From the human T2T-CHM13v2.0 reference genome, Homo sapiens, in assembly GCF_009914755.1 (NCBI RefSeq), contig NC_060942.1: a DNA stretch of 64,000 bases. One strand, written 5' to 3'. The notes below the pieces were generated by a model. It worked only from the letters and a program-made list of their open reading frames with translations. It made no database searches and was not told the DNA's origin. The position numbers were made by a program, and so were the translations under genes. This document shows, in pieces, positions 1 through 13,935 of the stretch (position 1 is its first letter; the number at the start of each line of letters is the position of its first letter).

Positions 1-329
1 CAGGTTTCAGCAAATTATTTTTCATGTGAAACGTTGCTGAAGATTTCTTGGGTGTGGCTGTCATCACAAACAATTCCTCTCTTTTCCATCAAATGTGGAG
101 TTGGATGAATTCCTTCCTTGCTGGCCTGCCTTCCACAAAGCTGCTCTCTGAACACCTGCCAGGCCATGCTGAGGACAAGGAAATACCAAGGCACAGTTTC
201 TGCCATTTAATGGTGGTAGCAGAGACCCAGGAATGCAATGGATTATTGTCACTTTCATTATAACATCATAGTGTAGGATCATAACTGGAACAGAGAGGAT
301 GAAGCTTTCTTTTGGGGAATTGAGGGAGG

Positions 330-609
330 GAGACAGGGTCTTGCTCTGTTGCCCAGGCTGGAGTACGGTGGCGTTAAGATGGCTCACTGCCACCTCCACC
401 TCCCAGGCTCAAGTGATCCTCCCACCTCAGACTCCCAAGTAGCTGGACCACAGGTACATGTCAACACACGCAGCTAATTTTTTAGTTTTTGTAGAGATGG
501 GGGTCTTACTATGTTGCCCAGGCTGGTCTCAAACCCCTGGCCTCAAGCAGTCCTCCTGCCTTGGCCTCCCAAAGTGCTGGGTTTACAGGCATGAGACACT
601 GTATCCAAC
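330..609 (-). mobile_element. Alu (old, AluJ-like), poly(A) tail absent or replaced by a G-rich tract
   Basis: gagacagggtcttgctctgttgcccaggctggag...ctcccaaagtgctggg. Confidence 0.9.
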
Positions 610-849
610 TAAGTAGGCTTTATTTATGGAGTTTATAAAGAAACTGTTTATATATACAGGGGAGAATTTATCCTGAAGAAAAACTAAAGAAATGAATATT
701 TTAAATACGTCTCTGCATTTCTTTTTGTTGGATATGACATTTATGTAAGAAAAATGCTAATCTGTATGATATGAGACATGTTAACTACATATGGTACATG
801 TATTTAAATATCATATGTATTTAGATTTAGCAACAAAAAGGGAAATATA

Positions 850-1150
850 AACCATATTTCCACCATTTGAACAAATCGTATTCAATTATATGTGCATATA
901 ACCATTTGAAAAAATTATAATGTTGATCGGATCTGCAACCTAAACCAAGTGCCAAATTAAATTCAGGATAGATAATTTCATATAAAATGTTTCACATCAT
1001 AGAAAAAGCAGTGAAAATTGAGTATCAGATCTGTGAAGGATGATACATTTCTAACCTTAGAAGCAGAAAAGGAAATCACAGAAGTTGGATAGATTCAGCC
1101 ATATAAAAGTATTAAATTTCTGAACCATGAAAAAAATAACTAAAATGAGG
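850..1150 (+). mobile_element. Degenerate old L1 fragment
   Basis: A-rich sequence resembling the L1M ORF2 3' end; boundaries uncertain. Confidence 0.35.
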
Positions 1151-2730
1151 GAAACACCAGATGTTTTTCTTAGTGATTCATGTAAGTTCTCATATGTATA
1201 TCTTTTCAGTGTCTAATTATGTGCATATTTTGGCCAGTGGGTTTGTATCTCTGTAGAAAGTTCTAGTAAATACTGGAGAAATACTGAGGTTCCCCCACTC
1301 CAGCTCTTTCACTCCATTGCAAAGTAGGTCTTGTAGGTGAATCACACAAACGGATTAACAAGAAAGACAGAAATGTCCAGCTCCCAGGTTCTTCATTATG
1401 CTGTTGTGTTGTGCCAATAGAAAATACAATATATCAAATTGGAGAACTTGTGGTTGAAAATAATATACGCAGATTGCTGGTGGCAGTATTCATGGATGTG
1501 ACTTTGGAGTGATTTTTAAACACTTAAGTATTTTTAAATGATAAGACCAATTATAGGTACTAAGAGTCTTGTGTTTTGAAGTGTTGGAGTTAATCCAGAT
1601 AAAGTTACAAATCTAAGCAGACACCTTATTAAGAGATCATTATTCTCTGCTTTTAAAGTGGACTTGCTTTCTATATAGTTATGAAGAACAGATAGAAATG
1701 TTTTAAGATTACTGGCTACTATTAAAATAATCTGGTGACTGCAGTTATATCTGGGTCTAAGGCATTAGACTTTTTGGAAAATGGATGCTTTTAATCTTTC
1801 CTTCCGTATATTTGTCACCCAGAATTTTAAAATTTGGAAATTTCATTCATTCAGTCCAGATAGAGAATTGATCAATTGGCAATTTTATTATTTTTCGCTC
1901 ATGAAAAACTCTAGGGTTACAAGAATATGCTCCTGAAGTTAACATAGTTACTTTTAAAATGTCTCAATTCTAATGGTTAGGTATTAGTCCTCTGAGTTCC
2001 GGTTGCCCCTTAACTTGGATCTTAATTTACAGTTTACAGAAAATTGTTCATATTTCATATTTTAAGATCATGTACTCTAAAACCCTATTATACTTGAAAT
2101 GAAGACCTGTTATGTTATACTAGAATCTCTCATGAAAATGTAACAGTTCCCAAGGAACTTTGTTTCTGTCTCCATGGACCACACTGGCTACTGTACTGGA
2201 TGGAGGGCAAGGCGGGAGCTGAGAGGCCTTTGCAGAAGTGCATGTCGCCTTAGTATGTGGCAGATCCTGGTCCCTGGCCTGTGCTGTTTCCCTCCACACC
2301 CTTTGATTTCTCCGAATACCAGGAAAGATCATGGATTGTCTCGGGAGTTAGTCTCCCCCTTAGTACTTAGCCTGTCATTTTCATGTTGCAATGCCTAGAA
2401 AATGGGAGGTTTTTCTTCTCCTTAAGGAAGTGTTATTTCAAGATGCTTTCTGCTGCCTGTGTCATGCCAGGGCGTGGGTGGATATATTTTTGCACTTTTG
2501 CACCAGCGAGTCTGCTTCTGATTTGCAGATTGCATTTATTATAAGGCGTATTGTCCATTGATGAATAATGTGTGGGCATTAAAGCAAAGCTGATACATAG
2601 CTTTTAAAATAGCTCATTTATCCTGCAAGCTTCACCCCCATAGAGAGGCAGGCCCTTCAGAAGCGTTTTCCAGGAGCAAGGTTTCTGCATGTTTCCCTCA
2701 GTTTTGGAGGTCGTCGTTTTTTGCCCCTAC

Positions 2731-3275
2731 TGTGGGGGCCAAGGGAAAATTGCTCTGCGCCTTCTGATGGTCCCCTGAAAAATCAACTGTCAAAAGCCCA
2801 ATTAATAGGAGAAATGCCATACAACTTTATTAACGTGCATGCAGATTGATTACCCCAACCCCCCAATGGGGTTCAGAAGCTTCTATACCATCCTGAGGTT
2901 ATAGGAAGAATGGGGCTCAGAGCCCGACCAAAAACAGGGTATGGTGGTCAATCAGGTTATGGTGGCAAGAAAGATTCTTGGAGGGAGAGAAGAGGAGGCC
3001 TGGCTAGCAGAGGTGGCCCTGTCGTGTAGATGAAACCTCCTAGGTAGCAGCCCTCACAGAGAAGGCAGATGTTTCTTTCAGACCTTTAAAGATGTCAGAC
3101 TCTCAGTCAATCTTCCCTAGATCTGGACAAGGGAGGGCCTTAGAGAAAGATGGCCTCCCATCAGTGCAGTTTCCTCCCCAGGTGCAAATCTCCCCCCACA
3201 GACCTGCCCTCTGAACAGCCATTCACAGTGTATCAAAGAGGTATATTTTGGGGTGAAATATTTTTATTCCCTTCA
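2731..3275 (-). mobile_element. ERV1 MER4-group solo LTR (MER34/MER39-like)
   Basis: Minus strand begins TGAAGGGAATAAAAATATTTCACCCCAAAATATAC and ends in CA; ~545 bp. Confidence 0.7.
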
Positions 3276-6200
3276 CCCCTAGTTTATCATGTGTTTCCTT
3301 GATGGGCTGAGGGCTTGACAGATGAGCAGATAGACACAATCTTAGTTCATGGAAAAGGCAAGAATAGAGATGGGTAGCGGAGAGTTTTTAAGTTGCTGCT
3401 GATGAAATAGACACTCCTTTGTCTCAGCTACTGAAAATTTTCTTTAGAACGTGGATTTAAATAAAGAAAGAAATAGACATCATGCTTTGTAATGAAGTCC
3501 TTTGGTCATCGTAAGTGGTCACAGCCAGTTTATCCTCAGGCTTCTTTAAGCTGACCAGTTAAGGTTTCTGCAGAGGTTCTGTGTTTGAGGGAGGAGAGGA
3601 AGTCCTTGGGGAGGAGGGGAGCGTTCTATGGGAGACAGTGCTCTTGGGAGCATTCTTTCAATCTGATACCCATGCAAGGGTGATGACAAGGTATGGCCTT
3701 CAGTGACTCAGAGCCTCCTCCCTTCCCAAGCCTCAGGCCTGAAAGTCTGGTGATCCTCCCTGGCAGAAACCTCACTGGGGATCATTTTTTCCTTTTGAAC
3801 AAGTTTCTTACTTTGCCTCATATGTTCCAATCTTCTGTCAGTGGCCAGGTGACATCTGTTGGAATGCTGATGTGTGTTGCCAAGCAAAACAGATGCAGGA
3901 AGACTTGCCCAAAGTGGGGGAAGAGAGGGAGGAAAGGGAGGAAAAGTGGGAGGTAGAGTGTGTTAGCTGGGGAGATGGGATCGAGCAGTATTTATCTATA
4001 GAACAGATATCAAAGATTGGGTAAATCATGGCTTAAAACTCTCAGAAAAGCATTCTAGGTTCTTGCACATCTTTGCAAGGCTACTGAATGGCTCATTTTT
4101 ATTTCCCACCCTGCATTCAGAGTGGTGTTTAAATGGCTCACCGCAGCAAAAAGGATTAGGTATTACCCTTGTGCTCAACACAAGTCTGTGGTCAGCAGAT
4201 TTTTAACTTTATCCTAGTTTATTGATATTTCTGTCAGTGAACAGGTTTAACTCTTAATGGAATAGAATCTACCAAGAATAATGCAGACTGGATAAAAAGA
4301 ATTTCACTGATTTTGATTATTTAGCACATTAAAGGGGACCCCTGGCCAGAAGTAGATGTATTGCTTGGGAGAGGAGGGCATAGTACCCAGGTGGTACTTC
4401 AGGGATTCTGATTTTCAGTCAGGGTTGAGAAAAACTGATTTAAGAAGTTAATGCTACTGACAGCCTAAATCTGGGTTTCCTTGATAACCTTTGGTGTAAA
4501 TACTGATTTAATGCATTTTTTTTTCTCACCCACTTTTCCTTCATCACCCCAAATCTATATTGTGTTCACATGGTTCCTCTTTCTAGAGGTGGGAGATGTC
4601 CTTTTATGGCTCAGAGGTCCACAAAATAAACTTGCATTCAAGCAAGGTTGTAAAATACCTATGCATTAAGAGCAGTCCAGTTGAATATTTGCAAAGCATA
4701 TATAAAAGAGCTTCTCTCCTAAAATAACTGAAATGAAAGGATTAATTTTCTCTCAGTTTCCTACTGCAAGAAGTAAGTAAAAGTGGAATTCCAATTCTAG
4801 CCATGGCAAGACCGGTCTATCCTGTTATGTCTTGTGTGCCAATACCACTTTTCTCCAGGTAACTAAAGTATCTCCCTGCTGTAAATATTAACTGAGTGCA
4901 TTTTTGTGGCTTTTGATAACTCCACGTCTTGAAAGTGTTGGCCAGTTGTCAAATTTTCATGAATTTCAGAGAAGTGGGTAATAGGTGGTTTCTCTCACGG
5001 TATTTAAAGCGAAGTAGTAAAGAGGAAAAAGACTGAAAAGGTAACCTGGGTCAACTCATTTTTTAGGGCGCACAGAAGTGTGGTAGCGGAGCCTGGACAT
5101 CAGGTGGCCTGAAGCCCAAACCACCAGCTCCCCCAGCACAGGAGAGTGCAAACTGTAGCTCAGTCTTGGCCATCTGGGGTCTTCTGCAAATGAACTGCCC
5201 ATAGTCTGGCCAATAATTCACACTGTTGTATTGCTGTCTTTCATTCTCTCTTAAGTAGAGCGTTCTGAACATATCTGAACAATTTTTTGACACGCTGTTA
5301 CTCTCCTAGCCACAGGTTATTTTATGACCTAGTCATTCTTTACATAAATAAACATTTATCAACAGTGCTGTCTGGGCCTAGTAAGGTATATAGCCTGCTT
5401 TGTTTCTGCATTAAAGTTCTTAGACCGCCATGATCTTGAGATGTTTGCTGCTTATTGTTTCTTTCTGATTTCTATTGCTTATCAGTTACTACTACTTGTG
5501 GCTCCAAGGATAGAGGCCGATTCCCTCTTCTAATTTGCTGCCTCTCATCTGCTTGAAGTTTAGGTGTTTAGTCAAGCTCACTAGCATTGTTTATAAAGGA
5601 AGAATAAATAGGTTGAGAGTGAGGACTTAGGGTAGTTACCTTTTTAATAATGTATATGATCTGTCTTTGGTCTTTCTCCCTCATATCTCTGCTGATTTTA
5701 CTCTCGTCCTCCTGGAACGTCTCTGGAATCAGATAGATTTTTGTAAGATTTGGATGTAAGAATTCAGTGGAATAATATATACTAGCTGTTTAGCCTAGTG
5801 CTCGGCACATATTAATGCTTAATAAATATTAGCTCTTATTATTATTGTTTTTTTCCCTGAAAGAGAAAATCTTAATTCCTCACAGATGTTTAGGAATTGG
5901 ATATGTAGCAACCCTATCCACTGAATTAGTATCAGCAAACACATTTTTAGTTCATCTTGATTTTTATCTTCATTGGGATTATGCCTTTATCCCTTTAGGG
6001 TTAATGAATTTCCTACTGTGCTGTTATGGAAGAACCCTGAAAAAAAAATCAATAAAATGTATCCTTAAAAAAGATTTTATGATTCACTTGACTACCAGGT
6101 GTCAGCAACTTTTATTTTTATTACTTTAAGTTAGAAGGACTTTGAAGGTTTTCGTGGTTTATTCTCTTCTTTTTTAAAGGCCAAACCAAGATCACTTTTT

Positions 6201-7100
6201 GGTAATGGCTACCTTTCCTCTGAATGTATTTCTCAAAAAGTTCTTTCTGGTTTTTATTAAACCCAAACAGTTGTTATAATTTAAAAGTTACCCTTTTAGA
6301 GTGAGATTAGCTAGAAAAGAAATTAAGGATTATTTTAAGTAACTCAGCAAGTAACCTTTTCCAAGAAGCTTAGATTATAAATTAACGAAAACCAAATTAT
6401 AAACCAAGGTGTATGGTTGATTGTGGGTTAAGAATTTTATCAGCAGTTTTGCTGTTGTATGTACCAGTCGTATATTTTACTACTGAGTAGAAGAAAAGTC
6501 TAAAAATCAAGTGAGTAGTTTTTCCTTAGCTGGTTATCATGTTTGTTTGATCATTATATTAAAGTGCTCCTTTTATTTTTCGTTTTGTATGTTTTCCCAA
6601 CTTAATAATGAATGTGCTTCTCTCTAATCTAATCTCTGAATTTCAGGAGTCTATTAATAAAGTATGTGTAAAGAATTAGTTGCTAATTTTGGATGTGGCT
6701 GAAATGAGATTGTCAGCAAATTACAACTTCAAGCCTAGGACTGCAGTGTTATGGATTGCACCTCATCCTTGGTTATTGAAGATATATTCAAAATTTATGA
6801 AAAATAGAAAAACCTTATTACTTCTGAATTTTTCCACGTTAGACTTTCCTTATACTTTTAAGATAGTGAAAGTGTTATTATATAAGATCATGGAAAGTTT
6901 GTCTTTCCAGACCTATTTTATGTTAGGATTTTACAATATTAAATTCATAAGATAATAGTAGAGACTAGAAAACAAATCCTTACTGATAATGAATTTCCTA
7001 AGTAGTAAATACAAATGAATATTTATTTGTAAACCTGGGTGATTAAGTAATAGCTGTTCAGTGATATTGATGGAAGGAAATTAATATTATTTAATCCAAA

Positions 7101-7394
7101 GGCCAGGCGTAGTGACTCACACCTGTAATCCCAGCGCTTTGAGAGGCCGAGGCAGATAGATCGTTTAAGCTCAGGAATTCAAGACCAGTCTGGGCAACAT
7201 GGCAAAACCTTGTCTCTCCAAAAAAATGCACAAATTGGCCGGTATGTGCCTGTAGTCCCAGCTATTCGGGAGGTAGGAGGTAGGAGGATCACCTGAGCTT
7301 GGGGAAACTGAGGCTGCTGTGAGCTGTGATTACACCACTATACTCCAGCCTGGGTGACAGAGCGAGACCCTGTCTCAAAGAAAAAAAAAAAAAA
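7101..7394 (+). mobile_element. Alu (AluJ-like)
   Basis: ggccaggcgtagtgactcacacctgtaatccc... with A-tail. Confidence 0.93.
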
Positions 7395-7499
7395 TTAATC
7401 CCGACCTTCCTCCAAAAAAGAATAAATTAAGTCCAGAAAGTTTGGTGATTCACTTGCTGTTGCCGCCTTTATAAACATAAAAGTCAGTAAGGCTAAGGG

Positions 7500-7960
7500 A
7501 CACTTCTGAATTCCTTCTGCTGTCCAGGTACTGTGCCGAGTTCTAGAGATGCAAGTAGTACATAAGACAGATGTGGCCCCTGCCCTTGTGGAGACTGCAG
7601 ACCATGGCTCTTTTTCATGAATGGTAGAGACACTCATAAGTCAAATACCTACATATTTTCATGAATGTGCCAAAGGAGGCAAACAGGAAGCTGAGACAGG
7701 AAATCATGGGGAGGCCTACTTGAAGAGAGGTAAGGAAACCCCCAACTCAGGAGTGGCCTGTAAGCTGAGGCCTGGGAAGGACCCCTGTGGGCATGGCCAG
7801 TGGAACTGCAGCGGAAGCAGCCGTTCGCCCAAAGGTCCTGCGCTGGGAAGAGAGTCAGAGATGCTGGAGGATCAGAAAGGGATCATCCAAGTGAGTGGAG
7901 GAGACAGTGGTCCAGGATGAGCTTAGGGGAAAACAGGGGCCCCTGGATTGTTCACGCTGT
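7500..7960 (-). mobile_element. L2 fragment
   Basis: ccaggtactgtgc...agacagatgtggcccctgcccttgtggag, typical L2 3' region. Confidence 0.55.
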
Positions 7961-8629
7961 AGAACACAGTCATGCATCTGATATATAAATAGCATGGAGA
8001 TACCCTCAGTAGATGCAAAACTCAAATGAGCTCAGCTGCTCTGAAGCCTGGGAAAAGTCAGCAATTTGTAAAATTATGACACATCCACATTTTCACAGGA
8101 AAAACAAAGACTAGTATGTAACATCTCCTTTGGTATTTACAGAGGATCTCTCTCTCTCTCGTTGTTACTCTTACAAATGATAGGAGGCCACTTTTGTTTT
8201 CCAAATTCTGTGCCAGATATCTTGCCTTTCCTGAGATATAGACACGGTAGAGTCAGGAGTGTGTGTGAGGGCTTGCAGACTTCTTTTTATGTCTTTAGAA
8301 TCCTTCTTCACTTTTGAATCATTTGGTCCAGGAGTTTAAGGCCTTTTCATTTGGCTTTTGTTGTTCATTTGTTGAACATAAATAACTGTGTTCATTATGC
8401 AGACACCGTGTCATTGTTGACAATTTGGTGTTGTAGATTAAGGCAACGTGACCATGTAACAAGTTGGGCAAATGCACTTATCCATTCAGTGAGCTCTAAC
8501 CTACAAGGTGTTTTGCTTCAGACCAAAATGGTAGACTGCAGAACCTTCGGCGCGGATTTTAAGTCCATCTTTAAAACCATAGGTAGAGATTGTATCTGTG
8601 TGTTCTTCTTTAATTAAAAATGGGAAAAT

Positions 8630-9072
8630 GATGCGACAGAGCAAAGACGGCCATGGATCCTTTTTATCCCTCTCCCATCCACACAGAGAGTTTATTTCCC
8701 CTCCCCTGGAGTCCAGGCTGGCCTTGGGGTTGCCCTGAAGTGATGCCGGGCCCTTTCTACACGTAGCCTTTCAAAGGACCGGCAGCTTCCACTTCCTGCC
8801 TTTTGGAAAAGCTTGCTTTAGGGATCCAGCTGCCACCTAAAGGCCCTGAAGTGAGCCACGTAGAGAGAAGTTCCAGCTTTCTAGCCCATCTCCAAGTGTC
8901 AGGCAGGTGAGTGAAGCCATCTTGGATGCTCCAGCCCATCACCATCCAACTATAGTCACATAAGAGGCCACTGATGGGCCCAGTCCGTCTCCACACTCCT
9001 GAGAGTTAGTAAGTGGCTGTCGTGTTGGGCTCTGAAGTTGTAGACTAGTTTGTTAGTGACGTATAACCAAAA
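8630..9072 (+). mobile_element. MaLR LTR (MLT1G/H-like)
   Basis: cagcttccacttcctgccttttgga...gtgagtgaagccatcttggatg motifs. Confidence 0.7.
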
Positions 9073-9752
9073 GAGAGAGTGTACTTAACATTTAGTCCTG
9101 GGAGGTTCGAACTTTGCCTCCGCCTGTACGTGAGCTCCCTGGAGTGTGGGATGAAGGAGTGCTTGGCCCAGTTGTTTTCCCGGAAGCTGGAGGAGGGCAG
9201 CCATGCACAGGTTGTGTAGACCAAACAGTTCAGGGATGCACTTGGCTTAGACAGCTGATAAACAGCTGCAGTGCCCCCAAGGGAGTTGAAAGAGTGGGTA
9301 TTTTGTTGTCAGGAGTAGAATTATTCACCTTGAAGAACAGAAGATTTGTAGTTTAAGGAAATTCACCATATTCTTAAAAGTTGCAGAAAGAGAAGAGTTC
9401 TTAGCCTAGGCCTGCACCAAGATCCAGTTCTTTTGAATCTGATTTAATAGGCAGATGATGAAGGACTTATTCCCAATAATAAAGAATAGTTCAATAGGAG
9501 GTTGGTAGTCTTAATTGTCTTCCTTGTCAAATCCTAGTGAATTTCACATCAGATACTGTGCCCTGTGAGGCTCTATCACCTTAGCACTTGGTAATACGTT
9601 TTTTATGTAGTAGGTGCTCAATAAATGGGTTGAGTTTCTATAATAATTTGATTTCTGTAGCATCTGATTTAACTAAGTTTGCTATAAAACGAAATCTGCT
9701 ATTGTATTCAACATCACAATAAGCAGTATCAGTTGTAAATCATACCTACATA

Positions 9753-10160
9753 CAGTTAACCCTTGAACAAAGTGGAGGTTGGGGTGTCAGCATCTTAACA
9801 CATAGTTGAAAATCTTTTGACTCCCCCACAATTTAACTAGTAATAGCCTACTGTTGACAGAAGCCTTACTGATAACTTAAACAGTTGATTAGCATATATA
9901 TTTTATGTTATAAAAATTAAATACTGTGTTCTCATAATTAAACTAGAGAAAACGTTAAAAATCATAAGAGAAAATATATTTGCTATTTATTAAGTGGAAA
10001 TGGATCATTGTAAAGTCTACATCCTCACTGTCCTCACATTGAGTAAGCTGAGGAGGAAGAGGAGGGGTTGGTCTTGCTGTCACAGGTGACAGAGGTAGAA
10101 AATCCTTGTATAATAAGTGAGCTCATGCAGCTCAAACCCATCTTGTTCAAGGGTCAACTG
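9753..10160. mobile_element. Tigger2-family non-autonomous DNA transposon
   Basis: Terminal inverted repeats CAGTTAACCCTTGAACAA / TTGTTCAAGGGTCAACTG flanked by TA target duplications. Confidence 0.88.
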
Positions 10161-10602
10161 TACTTGAATGGATTTTTTTCCCTGTCATAATTAACCACCC
10201 ACACACATCTTACTAGACCAAAAAAGAAAACTTGTCAAGCAAATAATCTCCCATTTCTTGGGTCATTTGGAGAGATAACACAGGCCAGGTTATATGTCCT
10301 GAAAGATGAGAATGTGTGAAGTCCCCAGAGAGTCTGATACGAGGCCTTCTTCCAGGGAGTAGTGGTCTGGCCGCTGCACCAGCCTGCCCCCTGCCATGCC
10401 CTGACTCACCTGCACATCATGGGTGCTGCTGATGCCCAGGCTTCATGGCTGAGCATGGCACCCTTAGCACCCCTCACCTGTTACCCAACGGAGATTTGTG
10501 GGTCGGAGGCATTTCAATTGGAGAAGGATGGAATGGCTGAGGGCAGGAAAACTTAACAAGCAGGAAGTCTGCACCCTGGCTGCACATGAGAATCCCCTAT
10601 GG

Positions 10603-10654
10603 GCATTGAAAGTAGGGGGAGCATTGAAGGTAGGGGGAGCATTGAAGGTAGGGA
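10603..10654 (+). repeat. 18-bp tandem repeat, ~3 copies (GCATTGAAGGTAGGGGGA)
   Basis: Directly visible. Confidence 0.9.
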
Positions 10655-10930
10655 GCAGTCAGGTCCCATTTCCTAAGCGGCTCTGCAGGCCTCTAAGCTT
10701 GTCAGTCATCTTTTTGGTGCTGTGTGGACTAGTGCCAGCAGGAACAACTGGATAGTTTTAAGTCTTTGGCCTCTTCTGACACTTTTTAAACCAAACATTT
10801 TATTAAATTCTCATTCAAGTTAATAGCAAAAAAATATTACTACTGGTTTCATGTTTAGGTCTCATTTGCAGTTTTTAAAACAACCTAACGGAGTATAGTA
10901 AATACATAAAGTACTCGATTTAATGTGCAT

Positions 10931-11255
10931 TTTCTTTTTCGTTTTTTTTTTTTTTTTTTGGGTGGGGAGGGGGGTGGTTTTCTGAGACGGAGTCTCACTC
11001 TGTTGCCCAGGCTGGAGCTATCTCAGCTCACTGCAAGCTCTGCCTCCCAGGTTCAAGTGATTCTCCTGCCTCAGCCTCCTGAGTAGCTGGGAATACAGGC
11101 ACATGCCACCACACCTAGCTAATTTTTGTATTTTTGGTAGAGATGAGTTTTCGCCATGTTGGCCAGGCTGGTCTTGAACTCCTGACCTCGGGTAATCTGC
11201 CCACCTCGGCCTTTCAAAGTGCTGGAATTACAGGCGTGAGCCACCGTGCCCAGCC
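10931..11255 (-). mobile_element. Alu (AluS-like) with a G-rich insert between tail and body
   Basis: polyT-gggtggggagggggg-gagacggagtctc...gagccaccgtgcccagcc; degenerate TSD t(a/g)tgt.cattttct. Confidence 0.93.
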
Positions 11256-11289
11256 CTAGTGTTCATTTTCTGACAAGTTCTATGAAACC

Positions 11290-11410
11290 TGGTGACTTAA
11301 CTTTTCTGAATCTGTTTCCCTATTTGTAAAATGACAATACTTGCAGTAGAGTTTATGTAAGGAATTAATGAGGGTAACTTTAAGATCTTTGTAAATGCTA
11401 ATGTGTTTTA
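11290..11410 (+). mobile_element. MIR fragment
   Basis: acttaacttttctgaatctgtttccctatttgtaaaatg core. Confidence 0.6.
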
Positions 11411-11425
11411 CAATTGTGGTCAGCT

Positions 11426-11460
<35 letters not shown>
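11426..11460. repeat. (AAT)5(ATT)6 palindromic microsatellite
   Basis: Perfect 34-bp palindrome 11426-11459. Confidence 0.9.
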
Positions 11461-11461
<1 letters not shown>

Positions 11462-12949
11462 ATAAAATGCTTACTAGGCGAAGTTAATAGCTCCCACCCA
11501 TTCCCAAACTACTTAAGGAGGATTTTAAGCTGGAAACAGTTAAGGAAAGCCGCATGATGCCATGAGCAAAGCCTTCCATCTGCACTTGGCATATTGCAGG
11601 GTCTGTAGTTGCTGGAATGCCTATGTCCCTGGTTACGAGCCTTGATATAATTGTGCTAAGGCATTTTGGTGGAGTGGACCGTGTCCTGCTGTTGATCAAA
11701 CATTTCTGTGTGGAGAGACTTTGTTTTTCCCTTGGGGAGTATTTATTTTTTAGTGCCAGGCTCCGGGTTGGCTGTGCTACGCTTGGCTTTTCAGTGCCAG
11801 GCATACAACCATGTCAGAAGGGGGACTGCATGGTAGGTCTCAGGAAGAAGGGCCGAGGAAGAGGAGAAAAGGGACTTGGCTGTGGACGGGGAATCCTGTG
11901 TATCTTGGCTTCTCTGAGCCAGCTGTGCCTCAGAACTTTGATTTGATCTTTGTACCCCATGGGTCCTGCCAGGTGAGGGGCACAATGGAGAAGAGAAAAA
12001 AAAAATGCTCTGCTGAAAACATAAGCAACAAATAAAATAGAGGATAGTAATCCTAGGATAATCCCCGAGGCAGCAGAGAAAGGCAGGCTCTGGCTTGCAT
12101 GTCAGGAGCTCTCTTCCTGGGGGCAGGAGGGAGGGTGGTATAGTCCCAGATGAGTGCTTGGCAGGTTGTTTAGAGCCTGGTAGCAGTGAAAAGAAATGTC
12201 TACCAGGCATCTTGTGCATGTGGTAGATCTTGACTTGTAATTGTGGCAGTCTCCCCTAGGCTCCTCGGCAGCTAGGTGACAGTTGCCTGCTAGTTCATGG
12301 GTCACCTTCTCACCCTCTGGCTTGCTTCTCAGTGGGTGTAAATGGGGTAATTAAAACCTGTGGTTTTAGACTTTGCTCCAAAGACTGTTTCTGGGGTTCT
12401 GCAGACATTGACCTGAAATTTATTTTTATTATTTTTAACGTTTACCACCTGTGAAGATACTGTACATTTAAAGATATAAAATGTATCATATTAAAATAAA
12501 ATAGCCTGTATGTTTTACATTTTGAGATTCTGTTTATGCTGTTTTTTTAAAAAGTTAGAAATGTATTGGCATGTTCTGATAGCTTATTTTTAACTACTTC
12601 TCCATTGTTGTAATATCATAACAGGTTGGACTGGCTAGGCTATGGTCAGAAATTGCTTATCAGTGTTTTATACATACCCAAGGGATTCCAACACAGGGTG
12701 TCCATGGTCCTCTTTGAGAAAACTTTGTCTAAAAGATATTGAATGATGCCTCATTAAAAACTCCTCAGAAATATTTTCTCCTGGCTTGTTTTCGCCTTCC
12801 GTGTCATTGTTTGAGAAATATCCAAGATTCCTTCTTTTTTACAATTAAAAAAAAAAATTGAAGCAAGTCCATAATCCCATGTAGTTCTTTGATAGAATTA
12901 AACTTCAGATAGGCATAAGAAATTCAGATAGGCTTTCTCTCCACTGGAA

Positions 12950-13560
12950 ATGCATGCCTTTCGCAATCAACAGTGTATGATGTGGTCTGTTCTGGAGTTG
13001 GGGTCTGACCCTTCAGCATGGCCAGCGCTATCTGAAGATCAGAAACCCTGGAAGCCCCTTGTCTCTTTTTCATCTTCCACATCTGTCTGGCGTCCAGGCC
13101 CTGCCCCTCCTGCCTCTTCACTGCCACTGCTGTGGCCAGCCTCTTATTCAGAGGAGTTTCCTACCTGGTTAGACACTTAACCACCTCCAGACGGACCCCT
13201 TCTAATCCACGTCCCACATTATAGCTCAAAAGTATGGATTTTACAGATCTTATCCTCTCCTGTTCTGCCAAAACCCCATACGGTCCTCCATTACCAATCA
13301 GGTGAATCGACTTGCATTTCCCAGCGTGTCCCCACACCCACAAACACTCCATGACACTGGGCCCGTCCCTGCCTTTATTCCCTGTGGCCCCTGTGTGCAG
13401 GAGCCTTCCCTCCCCTTTCTATCAGTCCCTCATGTACAGGCCTTCAGCCCCCTCACTCTGCCCTGTTCCTACCTCCATCATTGTGCCATTTATGTTTGCA
13501 TGTCTGTCTTCTCTGTCATATCTATCTCAAACTAGGTTGAAAATTTTTTGAAGATGGAGA
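12950..13560 (+). mobile_element. L2 fragment
   Basis: Pyrimidine-rich L2-like sequence (ccaggccctgcccctcctgcc...ctaatccac...gccagcctttt-like motifs). Confidence 0.5.
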
Positions 13561-13598
13561 TTTTCAGAATAAAATTGTTCACACAGTTATATATTTGA

Positions 13599-13935
<337 letters not shown>

